This document shows positions 1 through 10,703 of a stretch of DNA of 64,000 nt, piece after piece; positions within the stretch are counted from its first letter, which is position 1; each line of letters begins with the position of its first letter. The position numbers were made by a program, and so were the translations under genes. Below the pieces are notes generated by a model. The model saw only the letters and a list, made by a program, of their open reading frames with translations. It was not told where the DNA came from and ran no database searches. The DNA is from Guillardia theta CCMP2712 (taxonomy: Eukaryota > Protista > Cryptophyta), in assembly GCF_000315625.1 (NCBI RefSeq), contig NW_005434604.1:248001-312000 (forward strand), given 5' to 3'.

Positions 1-1075
1 GCAGTTCGACATGCCTGAGCATGGCATCTTTCGACAACCATCATTCAACCAGGAAACAAGTTCACTTCTTGCCCTACCCATTGCACTCCTTTGAGAAGTT
101 TAGTCTCCCCTTGGCATGTAGATCCCTCGGCAATCGCACATACACTGATGGGGAAGCTGCAAGGAGAACTCTGAGTCAGCTAGGGAGACAAAGTCATACT
201 CTTCTCACCCGCCAGCAAATTTGCTTGTCTTTTCGTACAAACCCGTTTGGGCTCCGCAACCTGAAAACTCATACGGACAGACTCCTCTGCGAACATCGCA
301 CGTCTTCAGGACCGTTGTCGGTATCTTGGAGGAGAGGGAGCACTGACAAGAAGAATCCACGAGTTGAAGAGACTGCAGGGCGAGCAGGATAGCGACGGGA
401 GACAACAGCAGGGTTCGAGCTGCCATCCATCCACAGCGCACCTGAACCATTGCAGTTGATCAGAGCGATTTCAGACACGAGGACACGTCAGGTGTGGGGG
501 GATGGAGAGGACAACAGCATATCGACATAGGTAGTCTCCCAGTCAGCTGCTAGAAAGAGGCGCATACAATTTTTACAATAGTTTCATGTCATTTCACGCA
601 TTTTTGACTTTTTTCTTCTGAGTGCCAATTGTCTTGTCCTGGCTCGTACTGATTTTTAACTTAACTTTGAGTAAAGTTTAAATGGCACTTGGCTGCGGCC
701 GGCCCGGTCGGCCGGGCCCCGGACCGGCCATTAGTAGGGGTCGGAGCAAAAAAAGAAAAAAGATCCACCCCCCATTTTGACCTCGAATACCCCACCATAT
801 CGATGGTTTCGGATGCTTTTACGACCCCCCTATCCACTGTAAAAAGGACCCCCCATCTCGGATCCAAAACTCCGACGAAAAAAAACGTCATTAGGATTGT
901 ACGGGGTCCTTTTGCAGTCATCTAGACGGGTCAAGACCATTGAGATCGATACCGACATCTGCGACAAAATGGAGAAGCAATCGATGGACAAGGAGCCGGA
1001 GGAATCGAGGGAGAGCGATGAGAAAGGGACGAGCACGAACAGTACTGACTTCTAAGAACCATTAGGGTGACGTCG

Positions 1076-2500
1076 ATGTCGATGTATGGTAGAAGAACAG
1101 AGTTCACTTCTCCCTTGTACAGCCATAAAGAGGAGAATCCTCGTCATCCTCATCCTGCTAGGGAGAAGCCTCAAGCTCGTGAGGAGGTGATTCCGAGTCA
1201 GACCTTTCTGTCTCCGGGACAAGAACGGCTTGTCAAACGATACGTAGATCCCAACGTCCGATTCCAGCCCCCTGCTCGCTCGCCGCCGTCATTCGTGAAC
1301 AGCAATGAGACACTTTGTGTCGATCTCCTCCTGGACATGCGGCATCGAGTCGAGTCACTTGAGAGTACAGTCCGACAGCTTGTGGGAGTCTGTCGAAGCC
1401 TCTTAGATGAGAACAACACCATGAAAGATCAAATCCTCGCCCTCAAGGTAGCTTGGCAAACCGTTTGAAGCTGCATTTAATTTGCGCAAGCAGAAAAGGA
1501 TCGAGCAACACGGGAGTGAAACAAAATCCGTCAATCTGTCTCCGAAGGATCATTACGTTGAAACTGCATCGAACCTGAAGGTGACTGCCTGCACTTTCTG
1601 ACAATCATCGCTCTGACGGGGTTGGGATGCAAAGAAGGTCAACATTTCAAAAGATGAATTGCAGTCCAACTATGAAGACTTCAACGAATCCATGAAGTTG
1701 CTGATGCAACAAGTCTCTCCCTCGATACAGAAATCATCCCCTAAAGATTCTGTAACCTACCATGCGATTCCTCAACCTAGTCACTGATACTCACTCAGGC
1801 GCCTAAAGTCGCTCACAGTGAGAAATCAGAACAAGATCGGCATGCAGCTCTTGAGGGATCAGATCAGCGCAACCCTGAACTTTTTGATAGCCCTAAGCCT
1901 TCGTCAGAGGCGACTTTTGTCATCCTAAATGGTACGTTTGTACAGTCAACTTTCAATCTGGCGTGCTGAATACGTGTTAGTCGAGCATCTTTCATGTTTC
2001 AAAACACCTCCAGAAATTCAGAAAGAAACAAGTGACCAAAGCACAGCATTGAGATGCTTGTCAACACCAGGAGACTTGTACAGATCGAGAACAAGCGGCT
2101 CTGTTCATGAACTGCTGGTTGCGAATTCATCTTTTCCACCCCTTTCAACTCTGAATGTTTCCTCTAGGACACCATAACCAGTCCTCTATTGTTGTCGTTT
2201 GACGGAGGTTTGCATTTCCCTTGCACTGAAGTCTTTTGACCCGTGGGCTGAAGATGAGCTGGAAAAACGAATTTTTTCTGACGATATCTGCATCCGTCGA
2301 CATCAAACTGAAGGGATTAGACACAAAGTTTCTCGTCCAGATCCCTTGCAATTATTCAAATCATCTTCGAGAAATCTTGATTCTAGATTGTTCAACACCT
2401 ACACCGGAGGTTCGCAAGGTATTGCATGGCCGGAGAATTCCTTTCGATTTGACCTTGTCTTTCATAGAAAAGCATACAAGAATTGTGCAACTGTTTGACA
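1076..2500 (+). CDS. Hypothetical multi-exon protein with N-terminal coiled coil (3' end approximate)
   Basis: ORF 1067-1468 has a heptad-like segment and ends just after an AAG|GTAG donor. Reading resumes after a CAG acceptor (KRIEQHGSETKSVNLSPK...), with further small exons to about 2500. Confidence 0.45.
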
Positions 2501-2507
2501 CTCGGCG

Positions 2508-4736
2508 TCATCGTGTCAAGGAGCGAAGACTTGTTTGAGATGCCATGTCATCCTCTTCTTGTCCTCCTTCCATCCTCTGCTTCCTCCTTCTTCCCTTCGG
2601 CCCCCTCTGCACGTAGAGATATCTGCCATCTACTGCCGGCAAGATGACTGCCAATCTTATCAGTGCAAAAGAGGGGACGGAACATGTCACATTACCCTCT
2701 CAACTTGGAGTTTTATTTCCTCCCCTCGTTCCGCTCGAATGCTGCTGGATTTCAGCTCGTCGGGCGGCTGGAAGTATGCCGATGTCAGTGTTGCCCAGTC
2801 AAGATTGAAATAATAGACACTGAACATTTGAAGTAATGGCATTAAAAAGTGAAATTTGTGTTACCCAGGAACTCTTCCATCAAGGCTGAGGCTTCCTACA
2901 CATGAGAACGCTCAGCTGCACATGTGAGGACAGGTCAAGTCACCTCCTCCCTCCTCTTCTGGCTCGCCTCGTCCTCCTGGCTCACAATCTCCGGCATCAC
3001 CTGTGAACGTCAATGAGTCAAAAGAGGAGGAGGAGGAGGAGGAGGAGGAGGAGGAGGAGGAGGAGGAGGAGGAGGAGTTCGTTTCATACCATATTATTTT
3101 CCTTCAGCACTTCAATTTCTGCCAGGTCCTTCGTACGAGTCACGAGAGAGAAAACTCAAGTAGAACACACTGCAAACCATCTTGATCTTCTTGGCTCTCA
3201 AATGACTGTCAGTATCCGATCCCTTCGAGAGCCAAGTCAGAAGAAAGTAGGACAAAGAACAAAAGTCGGTCTACCTGACAAGAAAGAGCTTCCTTGTAAC
3301 ATATCTCCGCCTGCCCCGAGAATTCATTTTTCCCTCCTCAATCAGCAACAGAGCTGGAAAGAAACCTTTTCCAGCTCATCAAGTCTCTTGAAAACAAGTC
3401 CCTTTGCCTTGTGAACAAGTGCAATGTTGCAGATCATTCGGATCGAGTCATTGTGGTCCTGCCATCGACCTCCAAATTCAAAATTCAAGGCAACAGACCA
3501 CAGGACAGCAACCAACCTTGCCATAGCATTTCACGTAGAGCTCCAGCGCTTCCTTGTAATAATGGAGAGCTGAGTTGTATAAACACTCGATCTCCTTTTC
3601 TGACAAGTGAAGAGAGCCTGGGAAAGATCTTAGCGGAGACGACTGCGAACCTTCTTATCTTTTCTCACATCTTGGCCCTGCATTGCTTGCTGCGCCTGCT
3701 TGACAGTAGCTGAGATACCCTAACGCCATCACTGTCTCTGCAAGGGCAGCATCCTGCCCACGTCGAATTGTTTCTACCTGCATATACAATCATTGAGCCT
3801 CCAACGCGTCTGAATCTTCTCCAGCACCTCCTCGAGAATCTCCTTGGCCTTGTGGAAGGCTTCTTTAGCTGACAAGTCATGCCTCGATTTGTCACCGTCT
3901 CCGTCAAGAGCAAAGTTACACAGGCTCTTGCCCATAAGCAACATAGTCTCAGACTTCAAGATCTGAACCATGCGAGCCATGTTTTGATCTTCCTTCACCA
4001 AATCCTCTACCTCCTTCCAAACGCCTAGGGCTTCTTTGGCATGCTTGTAGGAAACATATGAGAGGAACTGCTGCTGCCCGGTCACGTCAAGATTGCTCCT
4101 GTAGTCATACAGCAGCGCGACTGCATGTTTCAGCTCTGCCAGCCTTTTGGTACTGCGAGTAAGGAATACGTCAAAACCTCGATCGTTGAACAAGAAAAGA
4201 CCATACCTTCCTCGTTCTGCTGACTCCTCTCCCTGGGCTTGCAGCAGCAGGTCTTCTCCTTGTTGATAGCGAGATTCCAGTGCATAGCGCTTCCAGACAC
4301 CAGGCTCCAACTCGAGAAGCTCTTGCTTCTTCTTCTGAGCTTGCGCTAGTTCGAGCTTCTTCAACCTCGAGGAGGCTGATGTTTCATCCTCCCGGTTCCC
4401 TTCTGGTTTCCCATGCTCAGCTGAGACAGCAGATCGACTATCATTCGCAGCTTTCTGTTTCTTAAGAGCGGCATAGTTCTCTAAGTTCTCCAGGATCCTC
4501 TCATATGTTGTGTCCGCATACTCCTCAGGCATTTGGGTCTCTACTCGGTTTCGAGTCTTGGGATCTTTCCAGGCATGCAGATGAGCTTCTTCTTCCTCTG
4601 CGACCAGAAGCGTATCATCGAGGGTCATGGCATTCGACGACATACCTTGGTTGATGACGCACTCTCCTGTCGCGTCTTGAAACTTGCTCCATTTTGGTGC
4701 CTCGTCAGCATTCGGTTTTGATTCCCTGCAACCCAT
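2508..4736 (-). CDS. Hypothetical multi-exon helical (TPR-like) protein with MGCxxSK N-terminus
   Basis: The 320-aa first-exon ORF 3774-4736 continues after a tatgcag acceptor (VETIRRGQDAALAETVMALGYLSY). The last exon is VDGRYLYVQRG...SLTR* ending at 2508. Confidence 0.55.
3023..3077 (+). repeat. (GAG)n microsatellite, intronic
   Basis: Pure GAG run seen directly. Confidence 0.95.
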
Positions 4737-5288
4737 CTTCCCGCTCCTTCACTCGTAATCTCTCAAGGAAGATCGCAGGACTTATTTCTCACTGATGCAG
4801 ACCTCAACTTCATCCTCGTGCCTCGTAGCTAGGTATGCTCCCTCTCTTCCTCCCTCCCTCCCTTCCTCCCTGGCCCAGATGTTATATTCGCTGCTCAGTC
4901 GATTTGAGGACAAAAGAGGGAAAGGATCGAAAAATAAGGTCAATTTTTGATGGGATGTAATAGGGGGTACTACTTCTACATGGTGTGGGTACTTTGAGTA
5001 AAGTAGCTAAGAATCATATGAGGGGTGTGGGGAAATGAGTGCAAATTAGGTGGTTGGGGTGGCGTTTACAGGGGTAGGTGGACAAAAAGATGGGTGGTGA
5101 GGTGCATGGAGGAGTGGGGGGCTGAAATCATGGACAACTTCGTTGATTTGCCTATGATGAGGGAGGAGAAGGGGAGGGAAGGAGGACGAGAGAAGGACCG
5201 AGGCAAGCAGGAAGAGGAGGAACGACAAGACGATCGGGTCAAACCAGCCCTCCCATACTCACAATACATAGCTGACTCGAGGATCGGG

Positions 5289-7915
5289 ATGAAGAATTTT
5301 CCCAACAGTGATCCGAAGGGTTTTGCGAGGATGAGCCGGATCGACAACGAAATCAACGAGATAGCAGGCTTGAGCGGTTCATCCAAGCCAAACGCTGAGA
5401 ACAAGATGATCTCTTGGTCCCCCGACCATGTTGGAATTGCAAATGGGAATGATTTTCTCTCAAACGTCGAAAGCGAGGTCATTGATGGACCACTGCTGAT
5501 GTCCGCCAGAGGCTTCGATACTCCGACCATGCCCAGCAAAGGAAGCACGAAAAAGATGTCAAAGTCTCGTTCTCTCCGTTCAACGAGCCGCGGACGTTCT
5601 GTGTCTCCTAACAACGATCGCAAGCCCAGGCTTCACAGAGCGGATCCGTATGGGTTTTCTTATGCAAATTCTTACAACCTCCAAAAGCAGGAGAACGAGA
5701 TCCTTGTTTCCAGGCTGAAGAAAGCATTCGGACTGCTGCAAGAGCTGCGGAGCTACAACTTTCATCTATCAAGTGAGATCCGAAACCTTGAACACTCCAT
5801 GGCAGAACAGACCAGCATTATAGAGAAGCGGGATCGCAGGATATTTGACCTTGAGGAGAGGTGAGCTATGATCAGTTTTGAGACACCTTCAGCCTTGACA
5901 TGTGTTTGCTCTTCAGAGAAGCGAAACTCGCCGACAAGATAGACAAGCTGTCAAGGAGCGGTGAGCTGATGGTGAGGGAGGTTGAGAACGAAAAGACCAA
6001 GTGTGCATGCCTGGAAAAAGAAATCTCCTGGATGACCGAGCACTATCAGAACAGACACAAAGAGCTGGAGGAGCAGCTCGGGGCTGCAAATCAACAGAGA
6101 CGGGAAGAGAGCGCACAATTGACGATCGAGAAGGCTGAGCTAATGAAGTCCTTGAACGGATACGAGTCAAGGATGTCAAAGCTTGAGAATGAAATCCTGG
6201 TGTGCAAGGAGACGATTGCGAGGAAAGACGTGGAGATGTCACAGCAGGTGAAGGCAGCGCAGGCGGAGAGGAAGCAATGCGATCAGGAGGCCGAGGAGCT
6301 CAGAAGGAAGCTGCAGAGGCAGATCGAAGATCTGCTGGACCTCAAAGTGCGATACGATGAGCTCGAGAGCAAATCGAAGGAGGAGGTCGAAGCCCTGTCA
6401 TTGGAACTGAGAGAAGAGAGGCAGCTCGTCGTCAGGTTCTCTCCTTGCTCCGTCTGCGAGTCTTCTCAGTCTCGTTCACTCAGGCTCGAGGAGCAGCTCC
6501 GCGATGTCCCCCCTTGCCTCGACCGTTGGACTGTCGTTGACGCTGCTCCAGGCTCTCTTCGAAGCCGGACGAGGAGCTGAAGATTTTCAGAAGGAGCTCA
6601 CTGAGGTCTGCTGGAGCTTGTGGTGCATCTTTGACGCCCTGTCAGATCCGCAGCCTGTTGCTTGCCGAGAGGAAGGAGAGCGTCAGGATGCAGGAGGAGT
6701 CGCAGGCGGTGATGAGCAAGCTCAACGAAGAGATCTCGAACTTGAGACATTCGCTGGATATCCGGGAGAATACGGTGAAAGCGAGGGACGCTGAGATCGG
6801 TAGTCGCTCGTTAAGATCCTGTGAGGTCCTTGTGGCTGACACCTGGGTCCGCACGAGCAGAGCAGCAGCAGAGCAGGACGAGGAGCCTATGGGAGGACTT
6901 GTCCTCTCTGCAGAAGGAGCTGAGCCGGACTCAGGGTGAGAAGGCGAATGTGCAGGTAAAGCTCTGACGTGCTGGCTGCGATGGGGGATGTAAGTATGGT
7001 CGTAGCGGGAGCTGAAGAATCTCCAGACGGAGGTGAAGGCGATTCAGATGACGGCGAGCATGTGGGAGGTTTGGGAAGTCAAGTTGCTGTCCCTGGAGCT
7101 GATGAGAGGAGCAGAAGAAAGCACTCCTAGCTGAGAAAGCTCTGGCAGTGCACCAGCACGAGTCGAACACGTCGATAGAGATCCAGAAAGACATGCAGCA
7201 GGTGAGAGCGAAGAGATGTCAGTTGCGACAGACCTCTTGACCTCCAGATCAGACGACCACGACTGAACTGCAGCGAGCCCTGACGTCAGCAGCTCAGAGC
7301 AGGTGACCCTCCATGATGAAAGGTCAATGTGAGGACGAGCGTGACCATGTCAGCAGGAGGGAGCTGGACGAGGCAAAGAAGCAGATCGAAATCCTGAATG
7401 CTGACCTGAAGGAAGAGGAGGGAGGGAGAGGGCGGATGTGGTCCCTGATGCTAGTGCACAGGCGTCTCATAAGCTGTTGGAGCAGTATCGGAGGATATCG
7501 AGTGGTTTGCAGAAGGTCAGAGCGATCGATGCTTGCAGAGACTGACCTTGCCTGCTCCAAGTACGACGAAGAGTCTTTCAGCAAGTACCCCAGCAGTCAT
7601 CGAGGAGCTTTCGGATCCAGGGAAGTCAGCGCGGACAGTCCGCTGGGAAGGAGCGTCGACTCCAAGTATTTGACAAGCTCCTCTTGCCAGCTGGCAGGTC
7701 AGCTCAAGAGCCTAAGCTTGTCAAAGTTTGCCATGGTGACGTGTTGAAAGAAGAAAGCCCCCGGCTGAATGAGCGATCTCGAGATCGGATGCTGGAGACG
7801 AGGCCCGTGAGTGCCAAGGAGATCCTCGAGAGGGCGAGAGCCTCCCTGCTGGAGGTCAGCTGCTGCCTTGCTCTTGAGCCTTCTCGTGACACGTACTACC
7901 TGACAGGAGATTTGA
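5289..7915 (+). CDS. Long coiled-coil protein, multi-exon, unknown function
   Basis: ATG at 5289 (MKNFPNSD). E/K/R/L-rich heptad ORFs (5025-5864, 5900-6580 and following) are separated by roughly 50-nt GT-AG introns. The last exon is cag|GAG ATT TGA. Confidence 0.65.
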
Positions 7916-8232
7916 AAACTTCGAGACCATCTATTCCGTCTTCTTGATAAAATCTCCTCTTGCCTTGCCTTGCCCTTATCCCTCCAACTCACTGAGTTCG
8001 GGTTAAAGAGTCTGCCTTCACGGTTGCTGGTCAAATTCAAAAAGTTACACGCCAGGCACACCTCAGTATTCATTTGATGGTTTCGAAAATATTTCGCTAA
8101 ATGATACGTTTTCGGAAAGTTTCGACAACAATTTTGGCTCACTGGTAGTTAACATGCCGGAGTAGTCGGGGGAGGGGGAGGGAGGGACGCGCGAGAGGAG
8201 GAGGAAGAGAGCTGAGAGGGAGGGGAGACGCC

Positions 8233-10677
8233 ATGATGAGCAGGGGGCAGATGCTCCAACAGTTAAGCACAGGCGACTCATCGCTCTTGATGCAGCGCCT
8301 TCGCGATCCCGCATGGTCCGTTCGTCTCCATGCCGTTCGCTCCCTCGCAGGCTCAGCAGACGCTTCTTCTGCTCTGTCAATGGCGCTGGAGCTGCTGGGT
8401 GATGAGGACGCGGCTGTCAGGGTCGCATCTGTCAAGGCAGTGGAGACAATCTTCATGCGGACAGGAAGATTGGAGGGAGTAGAGAAAGAGGCTACAAGAC
8501 GGTTGCTGGAGATGACGGGCGACAGAGAAGAACATGTTAGATCGAAGGCTTCAAATGCTCTTCAGAACATCCTCACGTTGACATGCGACAATCCTAGTTT
8601 GATAACAAGTCTCTTCTGTGCGGTGCAGAACGAAGAAGAATCAGCTGTGTTGAAGAGAGTTGTGCAATCCATGTTTGCAGATCAGACTCTATCATCAAAG
8701 AACCTTGCAGACACTTTGAACTCTGTCTTTGACAACCCGGAAGCATCTGAAGTGACCAGAATCCTCACGGCAGAGATGTCGACCATGCTTGCATTGTGGA
8801 AGATGATGAGAGTGAAGGAGGACGATCTAAGGTTGGTCTCCGTGAAGAGCAGGTGCAAGTACACCCGTTCAATAGTTCTGGAGCTCTTGATATGGCGGAA
8901 TGATCGAAATCCAAGTGAGTTTCGTGAGGAGTATATTCAAGACCTTCTTGGGATGTGCCTGCGCTGTTACGACATCGCCAACATCATGCACGTTGTGACC
9001 TGGTTATCAAACCATTCGTTCTATCTCGATTTCATGCTGGAGTTCGTAGTAGAGATACTCAAAGAGGGTTGCAAGTTTGGGGGAGACCGATTCGAAGAGC
9101 TTGTTCAAGTGTGTGCAAGATATCTGTCAGCCTTTGACCAGTTGAGATTGTGGCAGCTATCTCAGAGTTCCTCGCACTTGCCCGATCATGTTGTTGTTGT
9201 GTTGAAAAAACTCTCAGAGGAGGTGGCAGGCGATCTGGATCTGCTGATCTCACATCTAGAACGGAGTGACTTCTACCTAAGACTGAACGCTCTCTGTCAG
9301 GTTCGGCGCGAGTACGCGCGTAGAGGACTCGTGCTGGTTGACAAGAAAGTTTTCAAGGACTGCAGTCCGCAGTACTCGAGAAGCAACAACTGTGTTCTTG
9401 ACGTTGTGCGATGGGCCCTGCGGCTTCAGGACGACACGATGCTCCTAAGGCGAAAGTTTGACCTGCTACCGGACGATGAGATCAAGTTGGAGGACGAGGA
9501 GGTCTGGAGTCGGATGGAACTTTCACTGGACTGTAACATTTGTATCATAGACGGGTTGACCCTGAGGATGGTAAGAGGTGGCTCAAAGTATTCACAGACA
9601 ATATTTGTCGCTGTCATGAACGGGCATGCCTACGGGGTAGAGGAAGAAGTCGCTTGGGACTTGCTGTCTGCTCCTTCAGAATGCGATGAAAGGCTGACCC
9701 GCCTCTACGAGCTCCTGCTCCGTATGACTGCGAGTGAGGATTCCTTATTTCTGTTTGCGAGCTCGGTGTTGGCAGAAGTTGTAGTTCAAGGTGATGTGGA
9801 TCTGACTACTCGGGTCCTAGGGGTTTGCAGAGAGAAGCAGCAAGACAACAGGTGGTTGCGAAGTGCCGTCAACTTGCTCGCCAGCCTCGCTCCTCTCAAT
9901 CATGTTCCTTCCTTGAAGTTTTTGGTGTCTATACTGTCGTCAGCCACTGACGATGACCTTTGCAACATGATCCTTGTAACCGTCGGACTTCTCACAGACA
10001 AGCGATGCGACTCTGAGATTCTCTACGAGCTCTTGAAGAGATTGATCATATTGAGAATGCGATTGGGGCACCTGAAAAGCTTTGAGTGGACCCTTTGTAG
10101 GCTTGTAGACGCACTCAGAGGCTCAGACAGGAAGGCACGGGAGGTCAACAGACACTTGGCGGCTGCAAGCTTCAAGCGTTGGTCTCAAGAGATCACTGAT
10201 ATGAAGGCAACCACACAAGTCAATTCCAGCAGCAAGAGAGAAGCCCAGACCAGGCCGGACTCTGCTGATACAGAAGCTGCAGGTGTCGGAGCATCTGCTG
10301 TGGATGATTTGTATGCTATGCTACTCTCGAAGAACTTTGACATCACTGATCGCTCGTTGAAAAACTTCAAATTGGATGCTGATCTTGACAAGAAAAGAGA
10401 AGTTCTTGCCCGAATGTTTGAGAAGCTCAAGCCTGACGACTACAGAATGACAAAGATTGCTGTCGACGAATTGGATCATTCTGATTCGCAGATCAGAGAA
10501 ATAGCGGTATCGGCGTTGGAGAAAGTGAACGAATCTCACAAAATTGCCATTCTGACAAAACTTGTCAGTATGCTCAAAAGCAAGCATGCTTGTTTCCAGA
10601 ATTTTGCTGCTACACATTTGAAGAGACAAAGCTATAAGCAATACCCCTTCATCCACTACGCCTTGAAAGAGGTTTGA
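8233..10677 (+). CDS. Intronless 814-aa HEAT/ARM-repeat protein
   Basis: Single long ORF with HEAT signatures RLRDPAWSVRLHAVRSL, LLGDEDAAVRVASVKAV, MTGDREEHVRSKASNAL and ELDHSDSQIREIAVSAL. Confidence 0.8.
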   Translation: MMSRGQMLQQLSTGDSSLLMQRLRDPAWSVRLHAVRSLAGSADASSALSMALELLGDEDAAVRVASVKAVETIFMRTGRLEGVEKEATRRLLEMTGDREEHVRSKASNALQNILTLTCDNPSLITSLFCAVQNEEESAVLKRVVQSMFADQTLSSKNLADTLNSVFDNPEASEVTRILTAEMSTMLALWKMMRVKEDDLRLVSVKSRCKYTRSIVLELLIWRNDRNPSEFREEYIQDLLGMCLRCYDIANIMHVVTWLSNHSFYLDFMLEFVVEILKEGCKFGGDRFEELVQVCARYLSAFDQLRLWQLSQSSSHLPDHVVVVLKKLSEEVAGDLDLLISHLERSDFYLRLNALCQVRREYARRGLVLVDKKVFKDCSPQYSRSNNCVLDVVRWALRLQDDTMLLRRKFDLLPDDEIKLEDEEVWSRMELSLDCNICIIDGLTLRMVRGGSKYSQTIFVAVMNGHAYGVEEEVAWDLLSAPSECDERLTRLYELLLRMTASEDSLFLFASSVLAEVVVQGDVDLTTRVLGVCREKQQDNRWLRSAVNLLASLAPLNHVPSLKFLVSILSSATDDDLCNMILVTVGLLTDKRCDSEILYELLKRLIILRMRLGHLKSFEWTLCRLVDALRGSDRKAREVNRHLAAASFKRWSQEITDMKATTQVNSSSKREAQTRPDSADTEAAGVGASAVDDLYAMLLSKNFDITDRSLKNFKLDADLDKKREVLARMFEKLKPDDYRMTKIAVDELDHSDSQIREIAVSALEKVNESHKIAILTKLVSMLKSKHACFQNFAATHLKRQSYKQYPFIHYALKEV

Positions 10678-10703
10678 TGTCAACTTGAGAAAGCGTTGAC
10701 ATG

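Noticed and set aside
1-530. Partial gene at the window start
   Set aside because: ORFs on both strands lack motifs, so strand and frame cannot be decided.
3003-3414. Poly-E/R/D/M/I/S ORFs here and at 34823-35296, 36098-36836, 37001-37348, 38431-38942, 39141-39584 and 63007-63722
   Set aside because: These are translations of intronic microsatellites or low-complexity tracts that lack stop codons.
5025-5288. N-terminal extension of the coiled-coil ORF from GTG 5025
   Set aside because: It reads through G-rich promoter-type sequence; the ATG at 5289 is more plausible.
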